Positions 1 to 34,684 of a DNA stretch of 64,000 nucleotides are shown here, in pieces; position 1 is the first letter of the stretch, and each line of letters starts with the position of its first letter. A program made the translations under genes and the position numbers. Source of the DNA: the human T2T-CHM13v2.0 reference genome, Homo sapiens; assembly GCF_009914755.1 (NCBI RefSeq), contig NC_060930.1, one strand, 5' to 3'. A model generated the notes under the pieces. That model was given only the letters and a program-made list of their open reading frames with translations. It was not told the origin of the DNA and searched no databases.

Positions 1-449
1 GTTTTACTTATTCCTTAAGCCCTTTAGATTGGATTAAGCCATCAGCATTCATTGCCCTGGGCCCCTAGACACAAATTTAATTTAAAGCAGTACAGTATTG
101 TTTCAGCTACATGAGCTAGGCTGGTTTTGGTAAGTCACATCTGGTCTCTGAAACATTGCAACATATAGCCAACCCTGTTATGGTAGGTAACCTGGAACCA
201 GGCTATTCGTATATGCAGATCTTCCAGATGGTCCCAATTTAATATACTTTTATTCTTTTTAATAGAGGCAGTTTATTAATGTATGACTAAATACAATTTT
301 TTATTTACACAAATTTATAAATTGAAAAGTTCCTTTAAGACCAAGTTTCTTGAATATATTTTCTTCTTCAGTAGTAGATTTATAAAAAGGATCTCCTGTA
401 CTAATAACTTTATTATTATAGAGAATTTTCTCATCCTTGCAGAAACTGA

Positions 450-825
<376 letters not shown>

Positions 826-1030
826 TATGTACTGTTTTTGCATTCTCAAAGAAGAAAAGTGAATTTTTGATTTGAAAACAGTGACATTTCATCATGACCT
901 TGCTTAGCAATTACTGGCACATTTATCTCAGGATGATTATGAAAAATATTAGCTGGTACTTTTAGATCTTTCCAGGAATTCCTGTGAGTAAATGGGTCCA
1001 GCTGCTGACAGCACTGTCTCCTGCTTACAG

Positions 1031-1195
1031 GACTTCAGGGCCCTCTGTGGCTGGTCTGGAGACAACGTACACAGGAGGTAATGGCTTCTCTACTTCATAT
1101 AACAGCCAGCGGTGGTTAAACCTCTATCTCTCTGCTTGCAAATTTTTGGATTTGGCTCTCGCATTGCCCTCTGAAAACCTTCCTCAGTTTCAGAT
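1031..1195 (+). CDS. DOP1A: DOP1A (DOPEY1) internal coding exon, (R)TSGPSVAGLETTY...LPQFQ(M)
   Basis: Acceptor ctgcttacAG ends at 1030 and donor GTAAGT starts at 1196. 165 nt, phase 2/2. Peptide WLNLYLSACKFLDLALALP recognised as Dopey1 C-terminal region; splices in frame to 4025. Confidence 0.92.
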
Positions 1196-4024
1196 GTAAG
1201 TAAAAGCAAGGATATTAAATGGTTATTTTTGAAAGTGCATTTGCTTTGGTCACTGACATCTATGACTAATTAAAAAGTTTTTTGTGTAAGTTGAAATATT
1301 CCTAATTTTTACTAAAATGTAATTCTTTTGGCACAGCAGAGTTATCGGAAGTAAATGGTCAATGTGGATATATTAACAGACTATTCAGTCAACAGATTGA
1401 GTACCTCCAGATGTGAGACAATGGGGTACATAACTCACATGCTTCAAGTCCAGGGAAGGAGACATACTCATACTATGGTGGCTCATGCACAAGACACACT
1501 GAGGCCACATAGCAGAGATCCCTACTAGCTCTGAAGGTCAGAGCAGGCCCTGAGGGCAGTCTTAACCTGAGGTGGTGAAGAATGACAGCTGGGAGAGTGA
1601 AGATAGAGGCAGCTGCAGACATGATACGTCTGAAGTGTGGAGAGATTGGTATTGCTGGAGCAGAATGTTAAGAAGAAGCTGGAAAGGGATTAAACCATGT
1701 AAGACCTTGTAAGCTGTGTTAGAGAACTTGGACAGCTAAGGAAAGAAGTGATATTATTAGGCTTGAATTTTAGAATGCTTATTTTGGCTATGTAGTGTGG
1801 AGAATGGACTGGAGCTGGGCAAGCCTAGAATGAAGGAGGCAGTTTTATCTTAGATGATAATGAATTGAACTGAAAAGAATAGGGGAAAAGTTGATAAAAG
1901 CATATATAAATTTTAAAAATAATGGGCAAGCTATGTAAGATTGTTTTATCAAAATGTAGTTAAGGTAATATGAGAATTTATCCACAAGATCAAATATGTA
2001 TTAATTTATTATATTGTGTCTTATTTTTCTTCTGGAACAGAAATAATAGGATAAAGAGTATGCTACTGAGCTTTTTCTCTTTTTTATTTGGACATGCTCC
2101 AAAATTTGCTATTTTACAAGCTTACTTTTCATTAAACTTAATGGTAAGAACTAGAAATTACTTTTAGAGTCATTCTAGTTCCTTTAATTTTCTCTTCTAC
2201 TTGAAAACCATATATATATATATATCTACTTTTTGATGAATTTCAGTTGTTGGGTATCTGTTACACAGATGTTACTCCTAAGGAAGTCCAGAAAAGAATA
2301 CTAAACAGAATCGTAGGAATGTGGCCAATATTAACCAAGACACTTACCTTCACAAAAGTGATAACTATTCTGTGGTGCTTTTGGAGGGACATGAAATAGT
2401 ATGCTCATGATACTGACTTTTTATCTTCCATGACAAGAACCAAAATCAGTTTATCCTCTTTGTCAAGATGTTAGTTACTACAAAAGGGAAGGAAACATGC
2501 CGTTATATTAATTAGTTTTTTAAAAACTTACATCTTTCTAAAAATAAAAATCTATAAAGTAGAAAGTGTAAAGATTTTAATTATCTTGAAAGAGTAATAT
2601 CTTAGCATGATCCATATTTGGAAAGTTCAAAATACTTGATAAGTTTACTGTATATAAATTTAAAAGTATCCATGTAACTAAAAGGTACTATAAAGTTCGA
2701 AAGATAGCAATGAATTGGTAAAAGATATTTTCGATGTATATGACAAAAGTCTAAAATGCATAATGTATAAAAATAACCTGGTAGAAAAATGAGCCAATGA
2801 GCAAGACAGTTAATAATTTATAGGATGGTTTCTAAACATAGGAAAAACTGCTCAGTTGTTCTCCTGAGTTTCCGATTAAAATTATAGATAACCATCAGAA
2901 TGGTAAAGATCTGAAAGTTGCTTTCCTTTTACTTTTAGTAACAGAAGCATTCTTATTCTTGTTGGAAGTATACACTGATATTGTCCAATTGTTCAGAGGT
3001 TATATTTACCAAAATTTAAAATATATATCTTTAAGCCTATAATTCTGCTACATCCAAGGATTTATCCTGTCTCTATATTCTCAGATGTGCACAAAAATAA
3101 ATAAGCATTACTTAAGAGTATCCACTGTGGTACTTTGTAAGTGCAAGAAGTTGGACAATCTAGGACATTGGCTGTGGTGTACTACTATGTTGCTGTTAAA
3201 AAGAATGAAGTTTTATATGATGCAGAATTGTCTCCAAGATATGTAATTTATATCAAATAAATTATATCAAAAATATATATCCTACATGTATAATTAAAAC
3301 AGGCAGCAATCATGTTTTTTTAAAAGAGAGGGTTGGTTGTGTGAATATATACTCTTTTGGGCATAAACTCTCTGGACGGACTTACGAAGCTGACAACATT
3401 GATGAATCCTATGCGGGGAGGGGAGACTGCCTTTCTTTGGTATGCCCATTTATACTGTTTGAATTTTTCCCATGGTCGGATATTACTTTTACTTACTTAT
3501 GAAAGACAAAATTACAAACAAAAATACAAGAGAAGTGCAAAAAAAGCCCTTAGTTTTCTTAAATTCGTTCAATTTTTTACTCCTTTACTATGCAACTAGG
3601 GAACATTTGGCCAGTTATATGTTGAAAAATCAAGTCTTTGTCAGACTGTTATGTTGCAGTACAAAGAGATAAGCTAAATGAAAACATCTTCCTTTTAAGA
3701 ACCTTATGCCTGTTCGCTAATGAGAAAAGAAACATTTGTTGAGTACTTGCTTTGGACTCATGAAAAAAGTAATGATGAGTACTTTACAAGTTTTCATATT
3801 TATTCCTTACAACCTTATGAGGTAGTTAATAGTATCTTTATTTACTGATGAAGGCTCAGAGAGGTTAAGAAACATACCCAAAGTGACAAGGCTACGAGTG
3901 GCACATCTGGCATTTGAATTTTTATAAGCAGTGGGGTCATGATCTTTCTACTACATTATGTGGCCTAATCTTAGATGGCACAAAGTCTGTCTTACTGATG
4001 CTGATGTCATTATTCTATACATAG

Positions 4025-4154
4025 GTACCGATGGGCCTTTATTCCAGAAGCCTCAGATGATTCAGGTTTGGAAGTCAGAAGGCAGGGTATACATCAACGA
4101 GAATTTAAACCTTACGTGGTACGACTAGCAAAACTTCTTCGGAAAAGAGCAAAG
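4025..4154 (+). CDS. DOP1A: DOP1A coding exon, (M)YRWAFIPEASDDSGLEVRRQGIHQREFKPYVVRLAKLLRKRAK
   Basis: Acceptor catAG ends at 4024 and donor GTATCG starts at 4155. 130 nt; completes the AT|G codon from the previous exon; open frame ending in phase 0. Confidence 0.92.
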
Positions 4155-5894
4155 GTATCGCATTCTTTTGTGATTGTTTTGTTTTACATCACTACATGTT
4201 GCATTAGTGAGGTATTTATTAAATACTTCCTGGGAAACTGAGAACGTTATCAAGTTGAGCTATTTTGAAAACAAGTCCCCAGTTTTGAGAGTTAATGTCC
4301 ATAAGCCTCATATTTCCAGACATTAGAAAACATATCGTATGTATTTTAAAGGAATATGCGGTTATTCATTTTTTTAAAGAAGAAAAAGGAAGGCTTTTGT
4401 ACATTAATAACATCTACCTTAAAATGTTTTCCCCTCAAAAAAGAAAATAAAAACCTTGGAACCATACATGTGAGTATTTAAGACTGTAGTCCTGAACACT
4501 CTTCGTGTCAAAAACTTGAGAATGTAATATAATGTTCATCTTAATGCCATGATGACAAACAAAAGTATGAGTTGATTGAAAAAAATGCAGTACAAAAGGG
4601 ATTTTTAGAACCTGTCAGAGTTGTTTCAACAGAACTAATCAATGGGTAAGAAGATTATACATTTTAAATTTGTAAAATATGAGTCAGATTTCATTGAAAT
4701 TGAATGAGCTAGACCTCGATCAGAATAAAGGAAATAATCATTAGCATTCATTCTGTTTATCTATATGAAATAAAATATATATGCTAAAATTCATTTTCTA
4801 AGTATTTTTCACTTTCTGATTATAACCTACATTCAGAAATGTGTTCCTTATCCTGATCCAGTACAGCTATATAACCGAATCTAAAGTTTCACAAAACAGT
4901 TCTTGCCCTTAACATGAGATATTTTCCTTTTTGTAGTTCACAGTGATGATGCTGAGTACAGATTGCAAGACCCCCACAACCTGCAGTTTTTAAAACAGTG
5001 CTCAGAGTTAAACTGGCTTTATGACTCTTTAATATAAAGCATCTTCTTAGAGAAATTATTTAAGGGGAAAAGTGGGAATTTACTTAAAACATATACCATT
5101 AAAAAGTGTAGGAAAATAAAATTTGTAAAATATTGTCTTATATACTTTTTATCTTTCAGTATGCATCATGCTAATTTATTACAGATCTTTGCCCAAGAAC
5201 CTACCAGCAATGAAACTGGTATGCTCACCATTGGGCCTTTGTTATTAACCTTTTGTCAAATTTTCTTTTACATTCAACAAATTTCAAAATCAAATTGTAC
5301 AATTTGGGAGTGATCTAGGTTGTCTGGTGAGATCTAGTATGCAGTGTGTGCTTTGAGTGCTCAGAAATTTTCCAGTCTTCTGGAGTCCTCCTAATCAGGC
5401 AGCAGCTCTTAAACTGAATTCCATAACTATAAAAATGGAATGAAGAAAGTGATTAAAGAGATTTTGCTGGAAGGAATTTACATGAGAAAACTTGACTTAA
5501 ATTCCTAGTTGCTTCTGTAGGGGCTTAATAAAAGGACAGAGATGAGGATGTATGCTGGGTCCTGAGTTCAGGGTAGGACTTTGGTACTTTCAATTTGATA
5601 TCTCAGAGTTTGGGCAAGTAATCATGACAAATCCAGAAGCAAATATGACCCCAGGCACATGTCCTTTTCTGTTATGCCTGCCTTTCATTAGTAATGAGAA
5701 TTTTTATAAGACCCCCCTCCTTTATCTAAATAATAAATATGACAGTCTTTTGCCCAAAATTTGTCCCACAGAATAAGAAAACTATTTTGATTGAAAGGCA
5801 TCTTCCCATCCAAATCACCTTAAACAAGGTCTTCATGGCCAAGCATACTTTTCACTGGAACAAAGGCTGTGAGTTCTCCTCTTTCCTTCCACAG

Positions 5895-5954
5895 GACAAG
5901 GAGGAGGACTTTAAGACAGTGATTTTGGAGGGATTGGAGATGGCCAAGCATCAG
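5895..5954 (+). CDS. DOP1A: DOP1A alternative 60-nt cassette exon, DKEEDFKTVILEGLEMAKHQ
   Basis: Long pyrimidine tract ttctcctctttccttccacAG and donor CAG|GTGAGG. Phase 0/0, matching the flanking exons, with no stop. Confidence 0.75.
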
Positions 5955-6127
5955 GTGAGGGTGGCTGTTTCATGCTTATGATATGGCAGCAAAAGTTGCC
6001 AAATATTGAGACACAAACCCAGGTCTGAATGTCAACAAGTACAAGGGAGGTAAACAGGAAGGAAGTCTTTTTTCAAGTGTGGACTGGTGAAGTCAAAGGA
6101 GAAATCATTTGTATGGAAACATTTGAC

Positions 6128-6133
6128 TTTATT
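6128..6133 (-). terminator. Candidate distal PGM3 polyA signal (long 3'UTR of about 4.3 kb)
   Basis: TTTATT on +. Other candidates at 6360-6365, 6731-6736, 9650-9655 and ATTAAA at 10156-10161. Confidence 0.5.
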
Positions 6134-6657
6134 TAATATTGAGACAATACATATAGTTCTGATTAAGAGCATCAGAAACTCTGAATCAAGTGTATTCTTC
6201 TTGGTCAAGAGCTTAATAAAAGTCCCTCTCTTAAAGGCTCATCTTGATAGGAATAGAAACAAAAGGTTACCCCATAGTTCTCTTACATTTGGAAGTTAGC
6301 TATATAGAGGGTACAAGGATATTCATTTTCCTTCAGGACAAAGTCATCTCTGTACGCCCTTTATTGTTGAATTGCAGTTTGATTTAGGGGATTAGAGGTG
6401 GTATGGTACCAGTAATTGAGTAATGGTGGAAATGTGAAAGTCAGTCACAGGACTCTCATTGGTGCCAGTGTCATAGTTAAGAAAGAAAGAAAGAAAGTTT
6501 TATATATCCTGTAATCTAGACTGGAAGCTAAATAATTGCTAGGAAGCAAACTTAAGTGATAGCTGTTAAGTTTTTTGGTTTGTTTTTGACCAGAGATGAT
6601 GAAGTAGGTGATCTTTTCTTGGTTTGCTCCTAGACTCTTCCATTTTAACTTATATTT

Positions 6658-7920
6658 TTAGTTTGGTGCAAAAGTAATTGCTGTTTGGGACCATGAATTT
6701 TAAGTCATTATAACTAGGTTCACACAAATCTTTATTAATTAAAATAGGAACCATTACAATCAACACATTTTTGCCAATGAGAAATAAGTTTGTTTACTCC
6801 TGTAGCATAAAAATCCATGCTTCCAAATTTGACGAACTCTTGGAAAGCATTTTCTGTGTCCTGCTAGTTGTGGAAGCAATTTCCCTGCAAAACGTTGCTG
6901 AGATGCCTAAAGAAGTGGTAGTTTGTTGGCAAGAGGTCAGGTGAATATGGCAGATGAGGCAAAACTTCATAGCCCAATTAGTTCAATTTTCGAAGCGTTG
7001 GTTGTGCAACGTGCGGCCCAGTGTTGTCGTGAAAAGAATTGGGCCCTTTCTGGTGGCCAATGCCGGCTGCAGGCATTGCAGTTTTTGGTGCATCTCATTG
7101 ATTTGCTGAGCATACTTATCAGATGTAATGGTTTCACCTGGATTCAGAAAGCTGTAGTGGATCAGACTGGCAGCAAACCACCAAACAATGACCATGACCA
7201 TTTTTTGGAGCAAGTTTGGCTTTGGGAAGTGCTTTGGAGCTTCTTTCAGTCCAGCCACTGAGCTGGTCATCGCCAGTTGTCGTATAAAATCCACCTTTTG
7301 GCACACATCACAATCCGATAGAGAAATGATTCATTATTGTTGCATAGAATAGAGAAAATGACACTTCAAAACAACGAATTTTTTTATTTTTCACTCAGCT
7401 CATGAGGCACCCATTTATTGAGCTTTTTCACCTTTTCAATTTGCTTCAAATGCCGAACGACCATAAAATGGTCAACATTGAGTTCTTGGGCAGCTCTCTT
7501 ATAGTTGTAAGAGGATCAGCTTCGATGATGTTCTCAATTGGTCATTATCAATTTCCGATGACTGGCCACTGCACTCCTCATCTTCAAGGCTCTAGTCTCC
7601 TTTGCAAAACTTCTTGAGCCATCACGGCACTGTATGTTCATTAGCAGTTCCTGGGCCAAATGCATTGTTGATGTTGTGTGTTGTCTCTGCTGCTTTATAA
7701 CCTATTTTGAACTCAGAAAATCGCTAAATTTGATTTTTGTCTAACATCATTTCCATAGTCTAAAATAAATATAAACAGCAATAAGTCATTAGCAAAAAAA
7801 AAGTGAGAAATATGCTTAAAATGATGTATAACATAACCACATTTATTTAAGAATGTACTCCAATATAAAACGGCAAATTTCAACAATGCAAAAACCGCAA
7901 TTACGTTTGCACCAACCTAA
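6658..7920 (-). mobile_element. Near full-length Hsmar1 mariner DNA transposon with decayed transposase (7756 to 6735)
   Basis: TIRs TTAGTTTGGTGCAAAAGTAATTGCTG and (reverse complement) TTAGGTTGGTGCAAACGTAATTGCGG, with TA at 7921-7922. Remnants MEMMLDK, APKHFPKPNL, IHYSFLNPGETIT, YSPDL and GSYF; several stops and frameshifts. Confidence 0.95.
7622..7701 (-). CDS. PGM3: PGM3 alternative terminal exon inside Hsmar1, (G)YKAAETTHNINNAFGPGTANEHTVP*
   Basis: Acceptor AG at 7703-7702; phase-compatible donor CAG|GTTTCT at 10477/10476; predicted 566 aa. The peptide matches the Hsmar1 transposase N-terminus. Confidence 0.7.
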
Positions 7921-9096
7921 TATTTTCCTTTTTCAGGATTTTACTTTAAAATAAGCAATAAGCTTGAGAGCACATAGAAGAAAATAAGCTGGATTTTGCA
8001 TCTGCTTGACCCACTAGGAAACTAGTGATATTAAATTATTAGGTAAACAATGAAAGTTTCTGAGCAACATCTGATCTTAGAAGGCAAACTCCATTTGTTA
8101 ATATGACAGATTGTAATTCTGCTTCCTAAGTCTTCATGATTTCTTCCTTCTGTCTAGTTCATTGCTTATTTTCATTCTTTAGTGTGGAATTGTATCTGTG
8201 ATTCTGCCCAAGTTCAACCAACCTGTTCTCTCTTATCTTTCTCTAGACAGAATGATGTCTGTAGCTGTGTTTGTGTAATTCAGGTGGCTTCTCAAACTAG
8301 CCTCTTAATACCCAAATTATTAGTCTTTATATTTAGTTGACAGAGTTTTCACATACCTTCTCATTTGACTTCTCTACTAAAAGGTAGTTTTAGACTGTCC
8401 CATTTTATAAGTGAGGAACCTTTGTATATCCTGCCCAAGGGTGCCGTAAGTATGGCAGAGCCAGCACACTAACTCAATTCCTTTGACTCCAGGTCCAGCT
8501 TTCCTCCCTATGTTGTTTAGCACAACCCAGAAGGAGACAGCAGTGTCTCCTGAGGGATCCCTTCCTTTCTCTGTGATGCAGTACTGACAGTAATTATTCA
8601 CTTTGGACACTGCTACCATCATGGCAAATTTAGGCCATTTAGATAAAAGGGAATTAACTAATTATAATAAAAGGGGATATATTATGAAATGTATAAAGCA
8701 CTTTGTTCCTTTTTTCTGTAGTAATTTTGTGACCTAGTCCTTGGTTACAGTAGTGAGGGTTCAGAAACCTGGGAGCTTTTTGAGTAAATACAAAGCACAA
8801 CATAAAACTTTTATGTTTGACTCTATTCCTGTTCAAAGCTATTTCTGTTAACTAAGCTTATCTGCGCATTCTAGTTGGGAACTATTACTACAATGTTAGA
8901 CTGCTCCATGTAAAACTAATAAATGGCAGTAAAAGGTCTCAGAAGCACCAAGGGTTTTGATCAGGTCAGGAGTTAGAAACTTAATGTCATTTGTATTCAT
9001 TTCTTGACCAACTGCCAAAGTTTATATATTTTTAATTTTTCTAACATACCACATTGTCTGTTGTATTAATACCAGTTCACTTTTTGTTTTCTGCAG

Positions 9097-9402
9097 AAAA
9101 ATCCAGAGGAAGACAACTCAGGGAGAACATTGGGTTGGGAGCCAGGGCACTTGCTGCTCACCATCTGCACCGTGCGCAGTATGGAGCAGCTCCTGCCGTT
9201 CTTCAATGTGCTCAGTCAAGTCTTCAACAGCAAAGTCACAAGCCGATGTGGAGGACACTCAGGGAGTCCTATCCTCTACTCAAATGCCTTCCCTAATAAG
9301 GACATGAAACTGGAGAACCACAAACCATGTTCCAGCAAAGCCAGGCAAAAAATAGAAGAGATGGTAGAAAAAGATTTTCTGGAAGGGATGATAAAAACTT
9401 GA
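9097..9402 (+). CDS. DOP1A: DOP1A last coding exon, KNPEEDNSGRTLGWEPGHLLLT...EMVEKDFLEGMIKT*
   Basis: Acceptor tttttgttttctgcAG ends at 9096. In frame with ORF 9130..9402; TGA at 9400-9402. Confidence 0.93.
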   Translation, partial: KNPEEDNSGRTLGWEPGHLLLTICTVRSMEQLLPFFNVLSQVFNSKVTSRCGGHSGSPILYSNAFPNKDMKLENHKPCSSKARQKIEEMVEKDFLEGMIKT

Positions 9403-10468
9403 GCACCATTGCTGGTTCCATTTAGCTTACATGTAAATGTAATTATTTAAAACACACACACTGCTCTGCGTTGTATAGTTTTTCCTTTTTTGTATGTAAC
9501 AGAACACATTTCAGATTGTATTTAATTTAAATATTTGTATATAAGAGCAAATGTCTGAATGTGGCCTGAATCAAGTTTAAATATTGTTGGCTCATACTGA
9601 TTATGGTGCCTAAGAGAGCTATATATATACACATGTAAAGTCCATTGTTTTTATTGTCCTGAGTTGTCTTAAACCTGCAAAATATACACTACCCATTTTT
9701 TTTTTCCATTGGTTTCAGACTTGGTTCAATTAAGATTGGTTGGGGATTTTTCTCTTTTCCTTATTAACCATGTTCTGGTATCAGAATGGTGTTCCTTCTC
9801 CATCAGAGGCTGGGAAACGTATTATAATTAGTTTTTCTCCCACATACCTTCACCAAGAGCAGTGAAGAATAACTGAAGGCTGGACCATGCATCCTTAAAA
9901 GTATTGCATGAGCATCTCCACCTCAGTATGGAAGAGGGATGGACAACCCCCTATTCATACCTCTGAGTTCCTGATGGCATTAGTCATATAGGTAAGTCAT
10001 CTAATAATCTTTCTTAAGACTCTGCAATGGAAAAACTGGTTGTATAAAGTCTTCTCTGCCCTCTCCATTTGTATCAGCAATGGGGAATGCTGCAAAACAT
10101 CATCTTGCTCATGTGATGGTAATGGCAAAGATATCACAAGGAGTTGGTAATAAGATTTAATTTTCCAGTAGCCTGCATGAATTGTTCCCCACATAAAACT
10201 GTACAGTTAGTGACTGAATTGTATACTTAAGTCCCAGTATTTTACATTAGTGAGACTGAAATTAGAGGTAAATTTCTTTAACAAGTGTAAGGCTTACCTA
10301 TTTATAAAGAATTATTCTGTTAGTGTTTAAGAAAAACAGATCTAGAGACAATCCAGTAGGCTGCATTGTAAACATTATGATTATAAATCTCTTAGTACTG
10401 CCATTATTATTGACAGTTTTGTAAAGACTTGTAAAAAGTCCAGTTTCTCAGGAATATGAAAATTATCT

Positions 10469-32343
<21,875 letters not shown>

Positions 32344-32371
32344 TCATCCTGAACCTCCTCAAAGAACCCTA

Positions 32372-32554
<183 letters not shown>

Positions 32555-32941
32555 TCAACTAAAATGAAGATTTTACACCTATTCAGAGACTCCAATGAGC
32601 TCAAAGATCATTTCATTTTACAAAAAGGGAAACTAACCTAAATTAACATAGATAGCTGGTGACGGATTGAGGCCTAAAGTCAGATTCTTGAGTGGACTGA
32701 AACTACATATCCCCAAATATCTGAGAAATCTTTGTGGTTCTTTTGCTATTTCTCCCAAACTACAGAGACATATTCTTAAAGGAAAAGCAAAAGGCAACAG
32801 TTTCTTCTCCAAGACTACCCAGATCTTTTTCCATTTGCTAAAAACAATCAGGACACCCTTCTAAGATGTTGCTCTAAAACTAGCAATATCTTCTTCCGAA
32901 AGAATGCCACCTTTTTCCTTTACTTTTAAAAATAAAACATC

Positions 32942-33517
32942 GGCCGGGAGCGGTGGCTCACGCCAGTAATCTTAGCACTTTGAGAGGCCAAGGCAGGCGG
33001 ATCACCTGAGGTCAGGAGTTTGAAACCAGCCTGGCCAACATGGCGAAACCGCCTCTCTATTAAAAATACAAAAAAATTAGTCGGGCGTGTTAGCTGGCGC
33101 CTGTAATCCCAGCTACTCGGGAGGCAGAGGTTGCAGTGAGCCGAGATCGCGCCACTGCACTCCAGCCTGGGTGACAAAGGGAGACTCGGTCTCAAAAAAA
33201 AAAAAAAAAAAAAACAGGCCAGGTGAGGTGGCTCACGCCTGTAATCCCGGCATTTTGGGAGGCCAAGGCGGGCGGATCACGAGGTCAGGAATTCAAGACC
33301 AGCCTGACCAACATGGTGAGACCCTTGTCTCTACTAAAAATACAAAAAGTAGCCTGGCGTGGTGGTGCGCGCCTGTAGTCCCAGCTACTCAGGAGGCTGA
33401 GGCAGGAGAATCGCTTGAACCCGCGGGTGGAGGTCGCAGTGAGCCGAGATCGCGCCACTGCACTCCAGGCTGGGCGACAGGGTGAGACTCCCTCTCAAAA
33501 CAAACAACAACAAAAAA
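32942..33517 (+). mobile_element. Two tandem AluS copies (32942-33214, 33217-33517)
   Basis: Head-to-tail dimers; the second follows the A tail of the first; the first has an internal right-arm deletion. Confidence 0.92.
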
Positions 33518-34410
33518 TCGGCCCTTAGCCCACTAATACTGTTTTCTCTGGGATACTCCCATTAAGTGGAACTTGGGGTTTCCAACCTCAGTCAGTAGTT
33601 TTCCTTCAGTAGTCCATATACTACATTTCCTGGGTCAATTAATTCCCAATTAGCCCAGAGATGAGGAGCAGTCCGCCAGCTGCTAGCCTCATAATTTTGT
33701 TTTCTTTATTGTCCTTCATTGCTTCAATGAACAGAACTTGCAAGAAATGGTGAAAAATACTTGCTTTTGTCCAGTTGGAAAAAGCTGGCATTCAGTAAAC
33801 TAATTTAGTTCAAGACAGTGATCAGATCTCTTTCCTAAGGATGAATACATATTTGTAAAAACTGAGCAGTCAGTTATGTGTCATGATTATTCATAAGAGT
33901 GTAAACCAGTCCTGTTAACTCCAAAAAGCCATTAAAAAAAAAAAGGTCCAGATAATATGAGTTCATCCTTTCATGCGTTTTAGGCCCTACAACTACTTTC
34001 AATGCCTCTGCGAATGCCTTTATTGAAAGCATATTTGCCAAATCCAGCGTCCACGCAAAAAGTTAAGAGTATCCCCCTACTCTCCATTCAATCTTCAAAT
34101 CTCCTTGGTGCCTCTCTCCCGCCTACCCTCGAATCACCGCACAAGGGTGATTCCCGGCACTCCACCCTGAGGTCCCCGCCTAGGTCCACGTACCAGAGCC
34201 CCGGCAGGAGACCCGCGGCCCGTCCCGACCAGCCCGCCCGCGGGGCGCAGGGGCCTGTAGGTGTGTCCCGCGCGCTCCGCCGCTCGGTCAGTCGCCCGCC
34301 AGACCACTAGCCCCTCCGTCGGGCCGAGAATCTGACCTGTCCCGCTCCCACCGAGCCCTTGCCGACCGGTAGTCTCCCTTCTCAACTCCGAGCCTCGGGG
34401 CCCGGCTTAC

Positions 34411-34495
34411 CTCGGTCAGGAAGCCCCCTTCACCTACACGCAGCGGAGAAGCGCCCAAGCAACAACGTCTGCACCCAAACCCAGTCCTCAGAACC
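34411..34495 (-). other. PGM3: PGM3 non-coding exon 1 (5' end approximate)
   Basis: Consensus donor GAG|GTAAGC at 34411/34410 inside the CpG island; no in-frame ATG. Confidence 0.8.
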
Positions 34496-34599
34496 GCAGA
34501 CGTGGCCCTGCGTGGCTTCCGGCTCGTCGCCACGCCCCCTGGCCAATCACGGCAGAGGACTATCCGCCAGCCCCGCCAGCCCCGCCCCCGCCTCGCCGC

Positions 34600-34684
34600 A
34601 GGTCGCGCGCAGCTGGCGCCTGAGGAACTGCGGCTGCGGTTCCGAGCGGGGTCTGGGGCTGTTACCATTGAGTGACCAGAAAGG
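34600..34684 (+). other. RWDD2A: RWDD2A non-coding exon 1 (5' end approximate)
   Basis: Donor AGG|GTGAGG at 34684/34685 just downstream of the promoter motifs. Confidence 0.6.

Noticed and set aside
961-1030. Upstream extension of the DOP1A exon implied by ORF 984..1199
   Set aside because: AGs at 965 and 975 are out of phase with the phase-2 acceptor at 1030; the ORF start is an intronic GTG.
6735-7756. Active transposase
   Set aside because: Multiple stops (7622, 7592 and others), frameshifts, and two of three catalytic Asp residues lost.
34530-34547. ERSE (CCAAT-N9-CCACG)
   Set aside because: CCACG and CCAAT are present but in the wrong order and spacing for ERSE or ERSE-II.
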